A stretch of DNA of 64,000 nt from a virus. Where the stretch lies: the IMG/VR virus record IMGVR_UViG_3300035670_000024; one strand, written 5' to 3'. Below the pieces are notes generated by a model. It worked only from the letters and a program-made list of their open reading frames with translations, did not search any database and was not told where the DNA came from. Below are positions 18,947 through 28,343 of the stretch, piece after piece; position 1 is the stretch's first letter; every line of letters begins with the position of its first letter. Both the position numbers and the translations under genes were made by a program.

Positions 18947-19906
18947 TTATTTTACCACATTATTTTCGCCATCATTCTTTACAGTTCTGTCAGAACCTGA
19001 GAACTTATTGTCTCTAACGATGTTATTGTTTGCGAAATCACGGTCATCTATACTACTACCTAACTTATGACCTTCATCAGCATTACAGTAGAAACGATTT
19101 CCATTACGAGCACCTAACCAAATACCATAATTGCCAATATGTAATCCTGATAGATTAAAGTTATTATTTTCAATTACATTATACTGTGGTTCTTGGTGTC
19201 TAACGGTTCCACCTTCTCCGCAGTTGCGATAGAGATATACTCCACCACCTACTGCGGTTTTAAAATCATTTCCAGAAATGGTATTATGTGCGGAACCATC
19301 TACTGCGATGACTTCACGAATTCTAAACTGACGAAGTGTAAAGTTTCCACTTACATCAAAGGTATTGTTGTAAATGGTATTATAAGCACTCTCCGCATCC
19401 AAGTAAATCACAGATGAGTCAGTTGTTCCAGTAAACTTATTGTTTTCTACAGTTGTTTTTGTAACACCAGGAGCAAGATAAACAGGAATTCTATTCATAC
19501 CCTCAATGACCATATTGGAAATAATAACATTAGAAGGTGCTGCTGCCTGTACTCTTTCGGTATGCCCTGCCTTATGTGAAGATTCTTTTACCTTTTCATC
19601 TTCACCATTCATTCCAAGACCATAAACCCGAATGGAACCCTTAAGTGAACAGTTTTTAATTGTGATATTTTCTATATCAGAAATCACACGAATTTCTGTA
19701 TTTTTTCCGTTGTTAAATTCTTTACCCTTACAGTCAATTGTTGTGTTACTCTTTGTAACCTTATGAATCTCATAGGGTTCAGGTTCTTGAGTACAAGATG
19801 CTGTTAGAAGTAGTGGTAGTAATGCCAGAAGATATTTCAGTTTCATTTTTACGAAAGTGTGGTTTCTTATATATTCCTGGCCAAGTTTCACGGAGTATTT
19901 CGGCAA
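18947..19906 (-). CDS. Lipoprotein with right-handed beta-helix (pectate-lyase-like) fold
   Basis: Signal peptide with lipobox (MKLKYLLALLPLLLTAS-C); repeated N.I..N.F motifs; true start is probably the internal Met. Confidence 0.65.
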   Translation of the reverse strand: MPKYSVKLGQEYIRNHTFVKMKLKYLLALLPLLLTASCTQEPEPYEIHKVTKSNTTIDCKGKEFNNGKNTEIRVISDIENITIKNCSLKGSIRVYGLGMNGEDEKVKESSHKAGHTERVQAAAPSNVIISNMVIEGMNRIPVYLAPGVTKTTVENNKFTGTTDSSVIYLDAESAYNTIYNNTFDVSGNFTLRQFRIREVIAVDGSAHNTISGNDFKTAVGGGVYLYRNCGEGGTVRHQEPQYNVIENNNFNLSGLHIGNYGIWLGARNGNRFYCNADEGHKLGSSIDDRDFANNNIVRDNKFSGSDRTVKNDGENNVVK

Positions 19907-19930
19907 GTTTATAAGGTGTTTCTGAACTAA

Positions 19931-20167
19931 TCATATTGACAGAGCATAATCTAGTGCTTTCTTAGCAGATATTGATAATTTGATAATTTCATTTGATTTT
20001 AAGACAGAAAATCCCAGAAGGTCTCCTTCTGGGTCATCAGGTATTCCTACTGGTTGAACGAAAAATAATCCAGCATGAGCAATACATTTCCATCCAATAT
20101 CAACGAATCCAAGTTCTCTCAATGCACATTCAAGTTTAAGAGAATGACATCCTTCTTGTAGTGTCAT
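19931..20167 (-). CDS. Hypothetical protein
   Basis: 78-aa co-oriented ORF. Confidence 0.55.
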   Translation of the reverse strand: MTLQEGCHSLKLECALRELGFVDIGWKCIAHAGLFFVQPVGIPDDPEGDLLGFSVLKSNEIIKLSISAKKALDYALSI

Positions 20168-20291
20168 GTACGGTATCCCGAACTCAAATTTATTTATTTT
20201 TTAATCATCCGTCTGTTTTGGTTTTCCGTAGTTAAGACCCAACCAAATAAGATAAATGCCCATCAGAGAATTAATCCAATCAATTTCCATT

Positions 20292-20582
20292 TCAGAACCC
20301 TTTTGCTTTTTTATTCTTTGGTTGTTTCTTATCTAGCACTTCAACATAATCTAGAAATTGTTTTGGAGTTTGAAACCAAGTCCTTTGGGTATCTTCAAAG
20401 TTATCAAACACTTCTGGTTTCTTCGTTGTATAATGAAGTTTATAATCGTGACGAACATAAGGTTCATCAGAGGTTTGTGCGAATGTTTCGGGAAGCACTC
20501 GTTCTTCTGGGTCAAGTTTTCCAACCATCTTTGAAGTCTGCGAAGAGTTCTCTAGTCTAGCAGGAAGAGGGTTAAAAGTCAA
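20292..20582 (-). CDS. Conserved cyanophage hypothetical protein
   Basis: QTSDEPYVRHDYKL; ends KAKGF. Confidence 0.55.
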   Translation of the reverse strand: MTFNPLPARLENSSQTSKMVGKLDPEERVLPETFAQTSDEPYVRHDYKLHYTTKKPEVFDNFEDTQRTWFQTPKQFLDYVEVLDKKQPKNKKAKGF

Positions 20583-20612
20583 GGGACAGAAGAAAGAGAA
20601 TTACACCGAAAC

Positions 20613-21194
20613 CTATGAATAATGCGAGAGTGATAAACATTTGAGATTTTCTACTAATGTTTGGAGTTCTTGTAGGGATGCGTCACACTTTATCCAATTT
20701 GCTCTTGAGGATATTACCCAAATATTATCTGGAGTATATCCTTTTCCTGGAACTATCTGGTCTAAACTAGGATTTCTTGGGTCTCTTTTGTCGTTAGTAG
20801 ATACAAGAGGTATTCCAAGCAAAGGGCAAGTTTCTGGAATAATAATATCATCTATAGTTATAGTGAATGGTATTCCTTTTTTCTTTGCTCTGTGTTGAGC
20901 ATTATGAAACATCTTATATCTTCTATCATCTTCTTTTTTAGTTCCAGGAGGTTTTGTTTTAGTTTTATTAAATGCTATTGTTTTTTCACTGGCAAAACAT
21001 CCACAACTTGTAGTTTTACCGTTTAACAAACTAGTTCTATCGCATACTTTTGTTCCTCCACATTTACACTTACAAGTAGCAAATATTCTCTTTTTACCAC
21101 TTCTAAAAATAACCTCTTCTTTTTCAACCAGCAATCTTCCAAAATTTTTACCAACTAAATCTCCACAAGGTTTTGATTTACTATTTAGTGCCAT
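20613..21194 (-). mobile_element. Free-standing homing-endonuclease-like gene (HNH-type) downstream of psbD
   Basis: DLVGKNFGRLLV..CKCKCG..TTSCGC N-domain; TCPLLG..PSLDQIVP.KGY..DNIWVIS..AN; late promoter TATAAATA about 30 nt upstream. Confidence 0.7.
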
Positions 21195-21256
21195 TATCCT
21201 AACTACGAATATATATTATTATTTATATAATATCATAGTTAGGGCGATAAGTCAAT

Positions 21257-21278
21257 AAAAAAGACCCCGAAGGGTCTT
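21257..21278 (-). terminator. Intrinsic terminator after psbD
   Basis: AAGACCC-TTCG-GGGTCTT hairpin followed by a T run. Confidence 0.8.
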
Positions 21279-21304
21279 GCGTTTCCGCAGGGTATTATAT
21301 TTTA

Positions 21305-22366
21305 TCACAAGGCATTTCCTCGTGGTAATACCTCTTCTGGTAGCACCAGATTGAGATGTGGTTGGTCTACAGGTGCCATCCAAGCACGAAGTCCCTCATT
21401 AAGCAACTGGTTTTTCGTGTAGAAAGTTTCAAACTCACTGTCGTAAGCAGCACGGATTTCTTGAGACACAAAATCATATGCTCTAAAGTTTAAAGCAAGA
21501 CCAATCATACCAATAGATGCCATCCAAAGACCCATAACGGGAACAAATAACATAAAAAAGTGAAGCCAACGCTTATTGCTAAAAGCGATACCAAAGATTT
21601 GTGACCAGTAGCGGTTTGCCGTAACCATAGAGTAAGTTTCTTCCTCTTGTGTTGGTTCAAATGCCTTGAAGGTGTTTGCTTTTTCACCATCCTGATAAAG
21701 TGTATTCTCCACAGTAGCACCGTGAATAGCACAAAGTAAAGCACCACCTAGAATACCTGCCACCCCCATCATGTGAAACGGATTTAGCGTCCAGTTGTGG
21801 AAACCCTGAAGAAACAGTAGGAACCTGAAGATTGCTGCCACACCAAAGGATGGAGCAAAGAACCAACTGGATTGACCCAGTGGATACATCAGGAATACAG
21901 AAACGAATACTGCGATAGGACCAGAGAATGCGATTGCGTTATAGGGTCTGATGCCTACAAGACGGGCAATCTCAAACTGACGGAGCATAAAACCGATTAG
22001 AGCGAAAGCCCCGTGGAGTGCCACAAAAGGCCAGAGTCCCCCAAGTTGGACCCACCTGACGAAATCCCCTTGAGCCTCAGGACCCCAGAGAAGCAGAAGA
22101 GAATGACCCATAGAATCTGCTGGAGTAGAAACTGCTGCAGTAAGAAAGTTTGCACCCTCCAAATAGGAACTTGCCAACCCGTGAGTATACCAACTCGTAA
22201 CGAAAGTTGTCCCAGTAAGCCAACCACCAAGAGCAAGATAAGCAGTGGGAAAAAGAAGAAGTCCAGACCATCCAACAAAAACGAAACGGTCTCTCTTAAG
22301 CCAGTCGTCCAGAACATCAAACCACCCCCTTTGTTGATTTGGTAATGAAAGTGTAGATGAAACCAT
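21305..22366 (-). CDS. psbD: Photosystem II D2 protein (353 aa)
   Basis: [22 protein letters not shown]...[10 protein letters not shown]; GGAGG RBS before the ATG at 22366. Confidence 0.98.
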   Translation of the reverse strand: MVSSTLSLPNQQRGWFDVLDDWLKRDRFVFVGWSGLLLFPTAYLALGGWLTGTTFVTSWYTHGLASSYLEGANFLTAAVSTPADSMGHSLLLLWGPEAQGDFVRWVQLGGLWPFVALHGAFALIGFMLRQFEIARLVGIRPYNAIAFSGPIAVFVSVFLMYPLGQSSWFFAPSFGVAAIFRFLLFLQGFHNWTLNPFHMMGVAGILGGALLCAIHGATVENTLYQDGEKANTFKAFEPTQEEETYSMVTANRYWSQIFGIAFSNKRWLHFFMLFVPVMGLWMASIGMIGLALNFRAYDFVSQEIRAAYDSEFETFYTKNQLLNEGLRAWMAPVDQPHLNLVLPEEVLPRGNAL

Positions 22367-22419
22367 TAATCCTCCATTAAGATTTGTAATATTTATGTTA
22401 ACATACCGTAACACAGAGG

Positions 22420-23025
22420 TCAATAGGTGTTAGTGCTTAATTTTTGATTTGCATATTCCACAATTTCTTGAATTGGTAATTCTTTTGTAAAATGTTCAGA
22501 CCCACCAATTATACCATCAATCTTCTTTTGATAGTGCTTGTATGTATCTAGAATATATCGTTCACAATCAAACACTTCTTTATGAGTTGCTTTCCATTCA
22601 CCAAGTTCTTTTATAGTTTCAGTAAACCTATATTTTATTCCGTGAAATGACCTACCAATTTTATAAGTTCCATAGATTGTTTCTATGAAATATAAGTAAT
22701 CTTCTCTGTCCGACCACTCTTCCTTAAAACCAAAAAATCCATAACTCTTTGATACTCCAACAGTTCCAGCATTCCAAGTTGGTTTTCCAAAGGCAGGATT
22801 ATTTTTTCCAATTTTTGACTTTCTTTTACAGCAGAATGCTTCTCCACCTTTTTCATAAGTCACAATAAAGTTTCTTATACTCATATTTCTTATCCCAGTA
22901 CAGGGGCAACTGACGACCACATCAGTAGAACGACGAACAAGTTTTTCTGGGAGATGTATAAGTTCTAATCCTCTCCGTTCACATTCAGTTATTACTAGAT
23001 TATGTAAATCCATAATGTTGCTCAT
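22420..23025 (-). mobile_element. Putative free-standing endonuclease between psbA and psbD
   Basis: Cys motifs (CPC, FCC); NUMOD-like KIGKNNPAFGKPTWNAG; GIY-YIG/T5orf172-like YLYFI..YG.YKIGRS...E..I...GGSEHF; TATAAATA upstream. Confidence 0.6.
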
Positions 23026-23044
23026 AACTTTCCAATTATTTATA

Positions 23045-23070
23045 AAAAAAGAGACCCTTTGGGGTCTCTT
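23045..23070 (-). terminator. Intrinsic terminator after psbA
   Basis: AAGAGACCCC-AAA-GGGTCTCTTTTTTT. Confidence 0.8.
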
Positions 23071-23096
23071 AATTATACCACTATTCAGTTGTTAAA

Positions 23097-23168
23097 TCAA
23101 CCGATTGAAGGTGCGGTGAGAGCAACGGGAGTTGCTTCAGCAGCAGCAAGGTCAAGTGGGAAGTTGTG
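23097..23168 (-). CDS. psbA: psbA exon 2 (HNFPLDLAAAEATPVALTAPSIG*)
   Basis: Canonical D1 C-terminus resumes exactly after the intron's terminal G. Confidence 0.95.
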   Translation of the reverse strand, partial: HNFPLDLAAAEATPVALTAPSIG

Positions 23169-23426
23169 CAATTGTGTTATCGTAAGAACTCTTTATTTCT
23201 TACTTCTTACTGTCGCCAGTAAGTTCAGACTATCTCTTCATCCTTATGGTTATTAAGGAGTCGGGCATTCGTGGGTAGATTATTGTTGGGACTCACTACC
23301 TAGTCGTTAGACCTTTCAGAAAACTTAAACCCTTTCTGACTTGGTACGGGATTGTCTACTTGAGAGTTTCCCCGTTTAACCCGATTTTACTAATGCCTAT
23401 TACTAGGCAAGAACACCAACAAATCT
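23169..23426 (-). mobile_element. Group I self-splicing intron in psbA (258 nt, no internal ORF)
   Basis: Exon ends in U (AACGCU) and pairs with IGS GGUGUUC; P/Q/R/S-like elements AAACGGGGAAAC, AATCCCGTACC, TCTAACGACTAG, AAGAGATAGTCT; terminal G; removal restores HERNA|HNFPLDL. Confidence 0.93.
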
Positions 23427-24434
23427 AGCGTTCCTTTCGTGCATCACCTCAAGCCCAAGTCCAGCACGATTCAGTACATCTGCCCAGGTATTGAGCACAC
23501 GACCCTGACTATCAACGATTGACTGGTTAAAGTTGAAACCATTGAGATTGAAGGCCATCGTAGAAACACCAAGAGCAGTGAACCAGATGCCAACTACGGG
23601 CCAGGCAGCAAGGAAGAAGTGAAGTGAACGAGAGTTGTTGAATGAGGCATATTGGAAAATAAGGCGACCAAAATACCCGTGAGCAGCAACAATGTTATAA
23701 GTCTCTTCTTCTTGACCGAACTTGTAACCGTAGTTCTGTGACTCACTTTCAGTGGTCTCACGAACCAGTGAAGAAGTTACAAGAGAACCGTGCATCGCAG
23801 AGAACAGTGAACCACCGAACACACCAGCAACACCAAGCATATGAAAAGGGTGCATAAGGATGTTATGTTCTGCTTGGAATACAAGCATGAAGTTAAAGGT
23901 TCCAGAGATACCTAGAGGCATTCCGTCACTGAAGCTTCCTTGACCAAAAGGATAGACAAGGAATACAGCAGATGCTGCTGCAACTGGAGCACTATAAGCA
24001 ACGCAAATCCAAGGACGCATACCTAGACGGTATGAAAGTTCCCATTCACGACCGAGATAGCAGAAGACACCGATGAGGAAGTGGAAAACTACAAGTTGGT
24101 AAGGACCACCATTATAGAGCCATTCATCAAGTGAAGCAGCTTCCCAGATGGGATAGAAGTGTAGACCGATTGCATTGCTTGAAGGAACAACGGCACCAGA
24201 GATGATGTTGTTGCCATACATTAGAGAACCAGCAACTGGTTCACGAATACCATCAATGTCCACAGGGGGAGCACCGATGAATGCAATGATGAAGCAAATA
24301 GTAGCAGCAAGAAGGGTAGGAATCATAAGAGTTCCGAACCAACCAACATAAAGACGATTGTTGGTGGAAGTAACCCACTCGCAGAATTGTTCCCAGGTAT
24401 TTGTGGGACGTTGTTGTGAAATAGTAGCAGTCAT
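23427..24434 (-). CDS. psbA: Photosystem II D1 protein, exon 1 (spliced product 359 aa)
   Basis: [29 protein letters not shown]...LEVMHERNA. Confidence 0.98.
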
Positions 24435-24484
24435 TTGTTTCGTTAAAGGGTAAATAAGAGTCCGGGGGTACGAACTGTTACAGA

Positions 24485-24565
24485 TTATACTCCACACCAC
24501 CCTCCAGTGTGGATATGAGAGACGGATTTTACTTGCCCATTAGTCTCGGTCGGGCAAGACACCGA
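24485..24565 (-). ncRNA. Structured psbA leader (PhotoRC-II-like motif)
   Basis: CTTGCCC/GGGCAAG stem with GAGAC loop pairing to GTCTC (pseudoknot); CCACAC/GTGTGG hairpin; in the 5' UTR of phage psbA. Confidence 0.65.
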
Positions 24566-24599
24566 GTTCAGAATTGTTACATTCCTTAACCCGTTGATG

Positions 24600-24633
24600 T
24601 ATTTATAATAACACTGTCAGGGTTTCCTGTCAA
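24600..24633 (-). promoter_or_regulatory. psbA promoter: sigma70 TTGACA-17-TATTAT overlapping a late TATAAATA
   Basis: Both motifs read directly from the sequence. Confidence 0.75.
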
Positions 24634-24708
24634 TAAGGACAATTACTCAGGTGTCCACCGATAAATAAGAACCTTTACAATCTAAATACTTCAAACCGCT
24701 TCTCATTT

Positions 24709-24906
24709 ATGCCAAGAGAGTGGAATACTCCAATCAGAGAACCTTGGAATGCTCCGATACATAATATTCTAAAAGCAATTGATAATCACACTCAAGAATA
24801 CTTCAAGAGTGGTGATACTTGGCATCTAGAAAAAGCAGAAACATTAAGAAAATATGTTTCAGAATTGAAGACTTGGATACATAAAGTAGAAAAGGAAAAC
24901 CTATGA
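24709..24906 (+). CDS. Conserved cyanophage hypothetical protein
   Basis: MPREWNTPIREPWN; preceded by late-type TAAATA motifs. Confidence 0.6.
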   Translation: MPREWNTPIREPWNAPIHNILKAIDNHTQEYFKSGDTWHLEKAETLRKYVSELKTWIHKVEKENL

Positions 24907-25154
24907 ATGATACTGTTTGGTCCGTAAATATTCTACTTATCTTTGGTTTAATTACCGTATTATACTTTCTCTATTACATTCTCACCTTAGACCAAAATGA
25001 GGAAAAAACTTCTTCTCATTCTAATCCTAATGAGACTTCTGACGAATGATGGAATGTTTCTAGAAAATAGAAGACCTCTGCCGAAGAAATTACCGGCAGA
25101 GGTCTTTAGGTTTATAAGGAGACCAGCGAAGAAAGGAAGAAAGTTACTTAAGTT

Positions 25155-26135
25155 TTAATCCTGATACTGATGAAGTTCAATAGGCATAACTCTAAATGAC
25201 CATTGATCATTATCAGGATCACTTGAAGTATCTGCATATACTTCAATTTCACTAGAACTACCATTCCAAGCAGCAGTAAATGTAATATGAGCAGTTAATC
25301 CAATTCCAGTGACTCTTCCAATTTCATTTATAAAAACTGAAGTTCCATTATAAGGTCTTACAATTAAAAGTTCAGATAATTGGCAATTATTATTAGTTCC
25401 TTGACATTGAACCAAAAGTTTCATTGATCCAACTTCATTGTCATAAACCTTACTAGTATAAATTATGCTGCTTGATGCGACACCAATATAATCTGTTCTA
25501 CCACTAGCAAGAGAATAATCATTATCAAAATCCAAACCCTGATTATAAAGGTTTATTCCATTTCCATCACAATAAAAACTAATTGAATATCTATCATACA
25601 AACCTGTCCCAAAAGACATTTCTCCATTATTTGAACTGGACTGAATTCGGACATCTCCATTACCCAATACAGAAAAATAATTACTATCATCCCCTAAGAA
25701 AATATCACCTTTATAATAGTTATTAAGTGGGTCATAATAATTAGAAGTAGTACTTAAAGTTCCGGCAGTAATGTGAATATGTGGAGCATCATCAGCAACT
25801 GTTGGATATATATTTACATATTGTCCATTAGTAACAAATAATTGTCCAGAGTCTGGATTATCTAATGATGGAGTAAGTTGAATTGCTCCAAGTGCAAATT
25901 CATCATTAATATCGCCAATAATCCTTTCGCCAGAAAAAGTAATATTTCCAGTATTACCACCACCAGTTCCACCGATAGAAACACCACCAGGAGTTGTTCC
26001 ATCCGATAGTTTTAAAACAGGAGATGGAGAATCAGGATCATAAAATACTTCTCCTTCATTTCCGACAAATTGAGAAGGATTTTGACCTCCGATTTTTTCT
26101 ACAAGAACTCTATAGGTTGTATTCGGTATAGACAT
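25155..26135 (-). CDS. Virion structural/fibre-like protein
   Basis: N-terminal FVGNEGEVFYD...LKLSDGTTPGG anchor motif seen in phage fibre proteins; beta-rich body. Confidence 0.6.
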   Translation of the reverse strand: MSIPNTTYRVLVEKIGGQNPSQFVGNEGEVFYDPDSPSPVLKLSDGTTPGGVSIGGTGGGNTGNITFSGERIIGDINDEFALGAIQLTPSLDNPDSGQLFVTNGQYVNIYPTVADDAPHIHITAGTLSTTSNYYDPLNNYYKGDIFLGDDSNYFSVLGNGDVRIQSSSNNGEMSFGTGLYDRYSISFYCDGNGINLYNQGLDFDNDYSLASGRTDYIGVASSSIIYTSKVYDNEVGSMKLLVQCQGTNNNCQLSELLIVRPYNGTSVFINEIGRVTGIGLTAHITFTAAWNGSSSEIEVYADTSSDPDNDQWSFRVMPIELHQYQD

Positions 26136-26156
26136 ATTATTATGTTTTTTAGTTAT

Positions 26157-26633
26157 TTATGATTTCCATAAGGCACCCTCAACCTTTCTTCTTCTCAGTA
26201 ATCCTGCCTCAACATTAGAACCAGGATTTCTATAAAGTTCTAATGTCTTAGGAACTTCATCCCATCTTCTTTCTCTTAATACTCTAGAGATAGTATCAAA
26301 TCCTTTCTCACCATAAAAATCAGCACCTAAGTTATAGATAAAAGAAAGAAGTGCTCCTCTTTGATTTTCATTCATCTCATCCCAGTAAGGAATTCTTCTG
26401 AGTGCTGGGAGAAACTCCGTTTTAATCTGGTGTTCAAATAAAAGATTTGCCTGATAAAGAGTAATCGTATCAGTAATCTTGAATGGTTTTCCATCAAAAT
26501 TACGAGTACTTCCCCATCCAATAGTGATAGGTAAATTTCCCGTATGAGGGTCGTAGTATGCGGTTGGACTGAAATCCTCAAATTCTTTAATTAAAGAGAC
26601 ACCACTTTGAGGAATTTGTGATGCCTCTTCTAC
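26157..26633 (-). CDS. GH24 (T4-type) lysozyme domain, probably translated by -1 frameshift from the upstream peptidase gene
   Basis: LIKEFE...AYYDP....PITIGWGST; ALLSFIYNLG; GLLRRRKVEGALW; no plausible own start near the domain boundary. Confidence 0.85.
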   Translation of the reverse strand, partial: VEEASQIPQSGVSLIKEFEDFSPTAYYDPHTGNLPITIGWGSTRNFDGKPFKITDTITLYQANLLFEHQIKTEFLPALRRIPYWDEMNENQRGALLSFIYNLGADFYGEKGFDTISRVLRERRWDEVPKTLELYRNPGSNVEAGLLRRRKVEGALWKS

Positions 26634-27337
26634 TTTTTTACAGCAGTAAATACACGACCCCATCCAGTAGTAGGACCGTCCACAGTCCATCTACGGACTA
26701 AATCAGACCTCTTATAAACGGCACTTCTACCATTAGTTACAGGTCCAGTATAACCATCGTTGAGAGAACCATAAGGGTCATTTACAACATAATCTCCTGA
26801 TGCGGTCTTACCTCTAACTACAAGTATGTGACCCCCAGTAGGAGAAGATAAAGGACCACGATGGAGTATCCCAATACAAACAGGTTTCCCAGCAGATAAC
26901 TCACGGTCAAGGTCATCAAATGAAAGATTATACCTAAACTCAGAAGAAACTCCGTAAGACTGTAGAACACGGGTTTGAACCGAATGGTCTGTCGTATCAC
27001 CCACTGCGAAAATCTTGCGAATATATGCGTCATCTCCCTGCGGTCCTACGAGTGTGCCTGGTTTGAAATACTCAAGGCACATCGCACAGGAAGAAGAATT
27101 GCAGGTTCTATCTGGTTGAGTATAATTATCTGTTTGTGGAAACCAAGGAACATTTAGAACCCCTTGAGGTTGTGGAGGAGTATTAGGTGTTCTATAAGTA
27201 ATTACCCAACTTGCCTCATCCTGCATTAGGTCTGATGCTTTCGCAAGCAAATCCTTTTCAAGTTGCTCTACTGCGGCAACGTGCTTTGGATTTTTTTCAT
27301 CATAAAACTTAAAAAAGTTATGAAGGTCTATCTGCAT
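26630..27337 (-). CDS. C39-like cysteine peptidase (endolysin N-terminal module)
   Basis: LNVPWFPQTDN...RTCNSSSCAM; GGHILVVRG; VNDPYG (Q/C/H/D catalytic set). Confidence 0.8.
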   Translation of the reverse strand: MQIDLHNFFKFYDEKNPKHVAAVEQLEKDLLAKASDLMQDEASWVITYRTPNTPPQPQGVLNVPWFPQTDNYTQPDRTCNSSSCAMCLEYFKPGTLVGPQGDDAYIRKIFAVGDTTDHSVQTRVLQSYGVSSEFRYNLSFDDLDRELSAGKPVCIGILHRGPLSSPTGGHILVVRGKTASGDYVVNDPYGSLNDGYTGPVTNGRSAVYKRSDLVRRWTVDGPTTGWGRVFTAVKK

Positions 27338-27340
27338 TTT

Positions 27341-27487
27341 TCAGTACCTGTATTCTCTAAGTTTGTCTAAAACCTTGTTCAAATATTTATGAGCACACTC
27401 TCCACAAGAGTTGTCCCTTACTACTTCATCCTTCAGTTTTTCAACAAAAACTTTAATTTCGTCTAATGAAACTTGGTTTCTGGGCAT
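27341..27487 (-). CDS. Small hypothetical protein (48 aa)
   Basis: MPRNQVSLDEIK...AHKYLNKVLDKLREYRY; late-type CTAAATA upstream. Confidence 0.55.
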   Translation of the reverse strand: MPRNQVSLDEIKVFVEKLKDEVVRDNSCGECAHKYLNKVLDKLREYRY

Positions 27488-27690
27488 AAACAAAAAAACT
27501 CTACCCCTTATTTAGGGATAGAGTAAATTATTATGAACTTAAAGAAGTTTTAATAATAATCGCAGATACACATAAGACAATAAAGATATCTATGAGTATC
27601 ATTTTAGTAAGTTTCTGCTAAGTTGTTAACTGAGTGAAATAGAAGCACCAGAAAACTGATGCTTGTAATTGTAAATAAAAATTCAGTCAC

Positions 27691-27810
27691 TCACCATACT
27701 CCTGGGATGACTTGACCTGTGGTGAAATAAGCACCAACTGCTGCTACGAATCCTAGCATCGCAAGACGACCATTTAGACGCTCTGCTGCTTCAGTAAAGA
27801 TTTTTTCCAT
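27691..27810 (-). CDS. hli: High-light-inducible protein (39 aa, not in ORF track)
   Basis: AERLNGRLAMLGF...TGQVIPGVW; GGAGG RBS. Confidence 0.92.
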   Translation of the reverse strand: MEKIFTEAAERLNGRLAMLGFVAAVGAYFTTGQVIPGVW

Positions 27811-27822
27811 TTTAATACCTCC

Positions 27823-28017
27823 TTAGAAGATTCCGAAGAAAAATTTGCCAGTAATGGCATAAGAAATGAACCCAGAAATAATCCCCATCATCGCCCAGCG
27901 ACCATTGGTACGCTCTTTAATTTCGTTTGGGGTATACATTCCGTAGTTTTCATAATACATAGTGGGTTCTTTAGCAAACATATTTTGCTGCCCACGCTCA
28001 TTTGTTGTAACAGTCAT
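27823..28017 (-). CDS. hli: High-light-inducible protein
   Basis: NMFAKEP..ERTNGRWAMMG...TGKFFFGIF. Confidence 0.9.
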   Translation of the reverse strand: MTVTTNERGQQNMFAKEPTMYYENYGMYTPNEIKERTNGRWAMMGIISGFISYAITGKFFFGIF

Positions 28018-28023
28018 TGTCCT

Positions 28024-28070
28024 ATTGTAACGAACTGTAACATTATATAGGAGACATGAAGAAAAGTCAA
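28024..28070 (-). promoter_or_regulatory. hli promoter TTGACT-17-TATAAT with an HLR1 (RpaB-type) direct repeat over the start site
   Basis: GTTACAGT-TC-GTTACAAT immediately after the -10 box. Confidence 0.65.
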
Positions 28071-28100
28071 GGGGGGAAACCGCCCTTGACTTGGAGATTG

Positions 28101-28277
28101 TTAGGATTCTCTGACCTCAAGAGGTTCGTGTTTGTAATATTCCAGCTCAATCCAGTTTTTTAGAGTGTTATAAGCATAGATTGCTGCAGCATTGCAGTTA
28201 TCTTGCTCCATTCTATAGATGTAAAATTCAAGTGCTTCAATGACCATTTGACGGTCTTGCTGAGAGATGAGGGACAT
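28101..28277 (-). CDS. Hypothetical protein (MSLISQQDRQMVIEALE...)
   Basis: ORF with the start refined from the track. Confidence 0.55.
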   Translation of the reverse strand: MSLISQQDRQMVIEALEFYIYRMEQDNCNAAAIYAYNTLKNWIELEYYKHEPLEVRES

Positions 28278-28343
28278 AGCAATAGAGAAACTCCCCACAA
28301 GCATACACCCGTGGGGAGTTAATGTCAAGTCCTAATCAGGAAA

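Noticed and set aside
23403-24500. psbA as a truncated pseudogene ending RFVGVLA
   Set aside because: Explained by the group I intron; the spliced frame gives a complete 359-aa D1.
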